Shown one piece after another: positions 63,069-64,000 of a DNA stretch of 64,000 nt. Position numbers and translations under genes: made by a program. The notes under the pieces were generated by a model, which saw only the letters and a program-made list of their open reading frames with translations, had not been told where the DNA came from and did not search any database. Numbering within the stretch: position 1 is the stretch's first letter; each line of letters starts with the position of its first letter. Source of the stretch: Bdellovibrionota bacterium (GTDB lineage: Bacteria > Bdellovibrionota > UBA1018 > CAIPTA01 > JAALKR01). The stretch covers positions 736,001 to 800,000 of the forward strand of contig CBDBMJ010000001.1 of NCBI GenBank assembly GCA_965207455.1. Direction: 5' to 3'.

Positions 63069-64000
63069 GTGGCATTGGCCGCATGGAAAAACTACTTGAA
63101 GGGGCTGCTGTTGAGTGGAAACCATTAGGAGAAGTTGGGGAGTTTGTGCGGGGGAATGGATTACAAAAAAAGGACTTCGCTGAAATGGGTTTCCCGGCTA
63201 TACACTATGGCCAAATACATACAAAGTTTGGTTTTTCAGCTGATAAGACACTTACGTTTGTTTCGGAAGAACTAGGTAGTAAATTAAGAAAAGCTAATAA
63301 GAATGATCTCTTGCTTGCAACAACTTCTGAAAGTGATGAAGATGTGGCGAAACCGCTCGCATGGCTTGGTGATGAAATTGGTATTTCTGGCGACATGATG
63401 CTATTTCGGCACGAACAAAATGTTAAGTATTTGGCCTATTACTTCCAAACGGAAGCGTTTAAAGTACAAAAAAGAAAGTATGTTAATGGAATAAAGGTTC
63501 GGAGAATTTCAAAGGAAAATTTAGCGAAAATTGTCGTTCCTATACCTGATGTCGTTATTCAAAATGAAATTGCTAAAACTTTAGATTCCTTCTCTGTTTA
63601 TAATGCTCGATTAAATGGAGAGTTTACTGCTGAGATTGTAAGGCGACAAAAACAATACGCCTACTATCGTGAACAGTTGTTAACGTTTCAAAATGAGCAA
63701 GTTGACTGGAAGCCATTAGTTGAGGTGGCAACAATAGGTACAGGTAGTCGGAATACAAATGAAGCTATAGTTGGTGGCAAATATCCTTTTTTTGTACGAT
63801 CACAAAGGGCAAGAGCAATTGATGAATTTGAGTTTGATGAAACAGCCATTATTACAGCTGGAGATGGAGTAGGAGTAGGTAAGGTTTTTCATTATATGTC
63901 TGGAAAGTATGCCCTTCATCAAAGGGCTTACCGCATCGTATTGACTGATTCAAATGTTAAGTCTCGATTTGTATTTCATTATATTAGAAATAACTTTGGA
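63065..64000 (+). CDS. hsdS: type I R-M specificity subunit (3' end outside window)
   Basis: ATGA overlap with hsd[18 protein letters not shown]....Q.EI...LD.F, R.KQY.YYR..LL.F, second TRD. Confidence 0.93.
   Translation, partial: MSGIGRMEKLLEGAAVEWKPLGEVGEFVRGNGLQKKDFAEMGFPAIHYGQIHTKFGFSADKTLTFVSEELGSKLRKANKNDLLLATTSESDEDVAKPLAWLGDEIGISGDMMLFRHEQNVKYLAYYFQTEAFKVQKRKYVNGIKVRRISKENLAKIVVPIPDVVIQNEIAKTLDSFSVYNARLNGEFTAEIVRRQKQYAYYREQLLTFQNEQVDWKPLVEVATIGTGSRNTNEAIVGGKYPFFVRSQRARAIDEFEFDETAIITAGDGVGVGKVFHYMSGKYALHQRAYRIVLTDSNVKSRFVFHYIRNNFG

Larger units (their letters stand above)
30918..64000. mobile_element. degenerate ICE-like genomic island (right end outside window)
   Basis: Begins right after tRNA-Leu; visibly more AT-rich; contains integrase/excisionase, T4SS genes, SSB, ISs, R-M systems and pseudogenes. 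Confidence 0.75.

Overview
Low-GC bacterial chromosome window. The gene content suggests Bdellovibrionota (inference only): subtilase, M23-secA, Ig-like/RCC1 lipoproteins and FliA-type promoters. Bases 1-30.9 kb are mostly intact core genes: lnt, prfC, phnDCE, xth, metG, prkA-yeaH-spoVR, PP2C, M23, secA, tex, HIT, selU, a selD fusion, and an Xer-like protein with degenerate catalytic motifs. This block ends at tRNA-Leu(GAG). From 30.9 kb to the window end lies a decaying, more AT-rich ICE-like island. It carries a tyrosine integrase and excisionase, an SSB-like gene beside a candidate oriT, a truncated T4SS module, two IS256 copies, an IS1634, IS3 end remnants, an orphaned HaeIII-like methyltransferase, two Bor-like lipoproteins and a type I R-M locus. 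The most striking structure is a repertoire of four modular surface lipoproteins. Each has a lipobox and an Ig-like stalk, followed by either a 26-aa LRR (BspA/DUF285-type) head with ~1, 10 or ~21 repeats or a 14-repeat RCC1 head. Three of the four have a sigma-28-type promoter, and copies of a 96-aa ribbon-helix-helix-like gene are interspersed among them. Several unexplained structured non-coding elements also occur in the island. All family calls come from motif recognition by eye, not from database searches.
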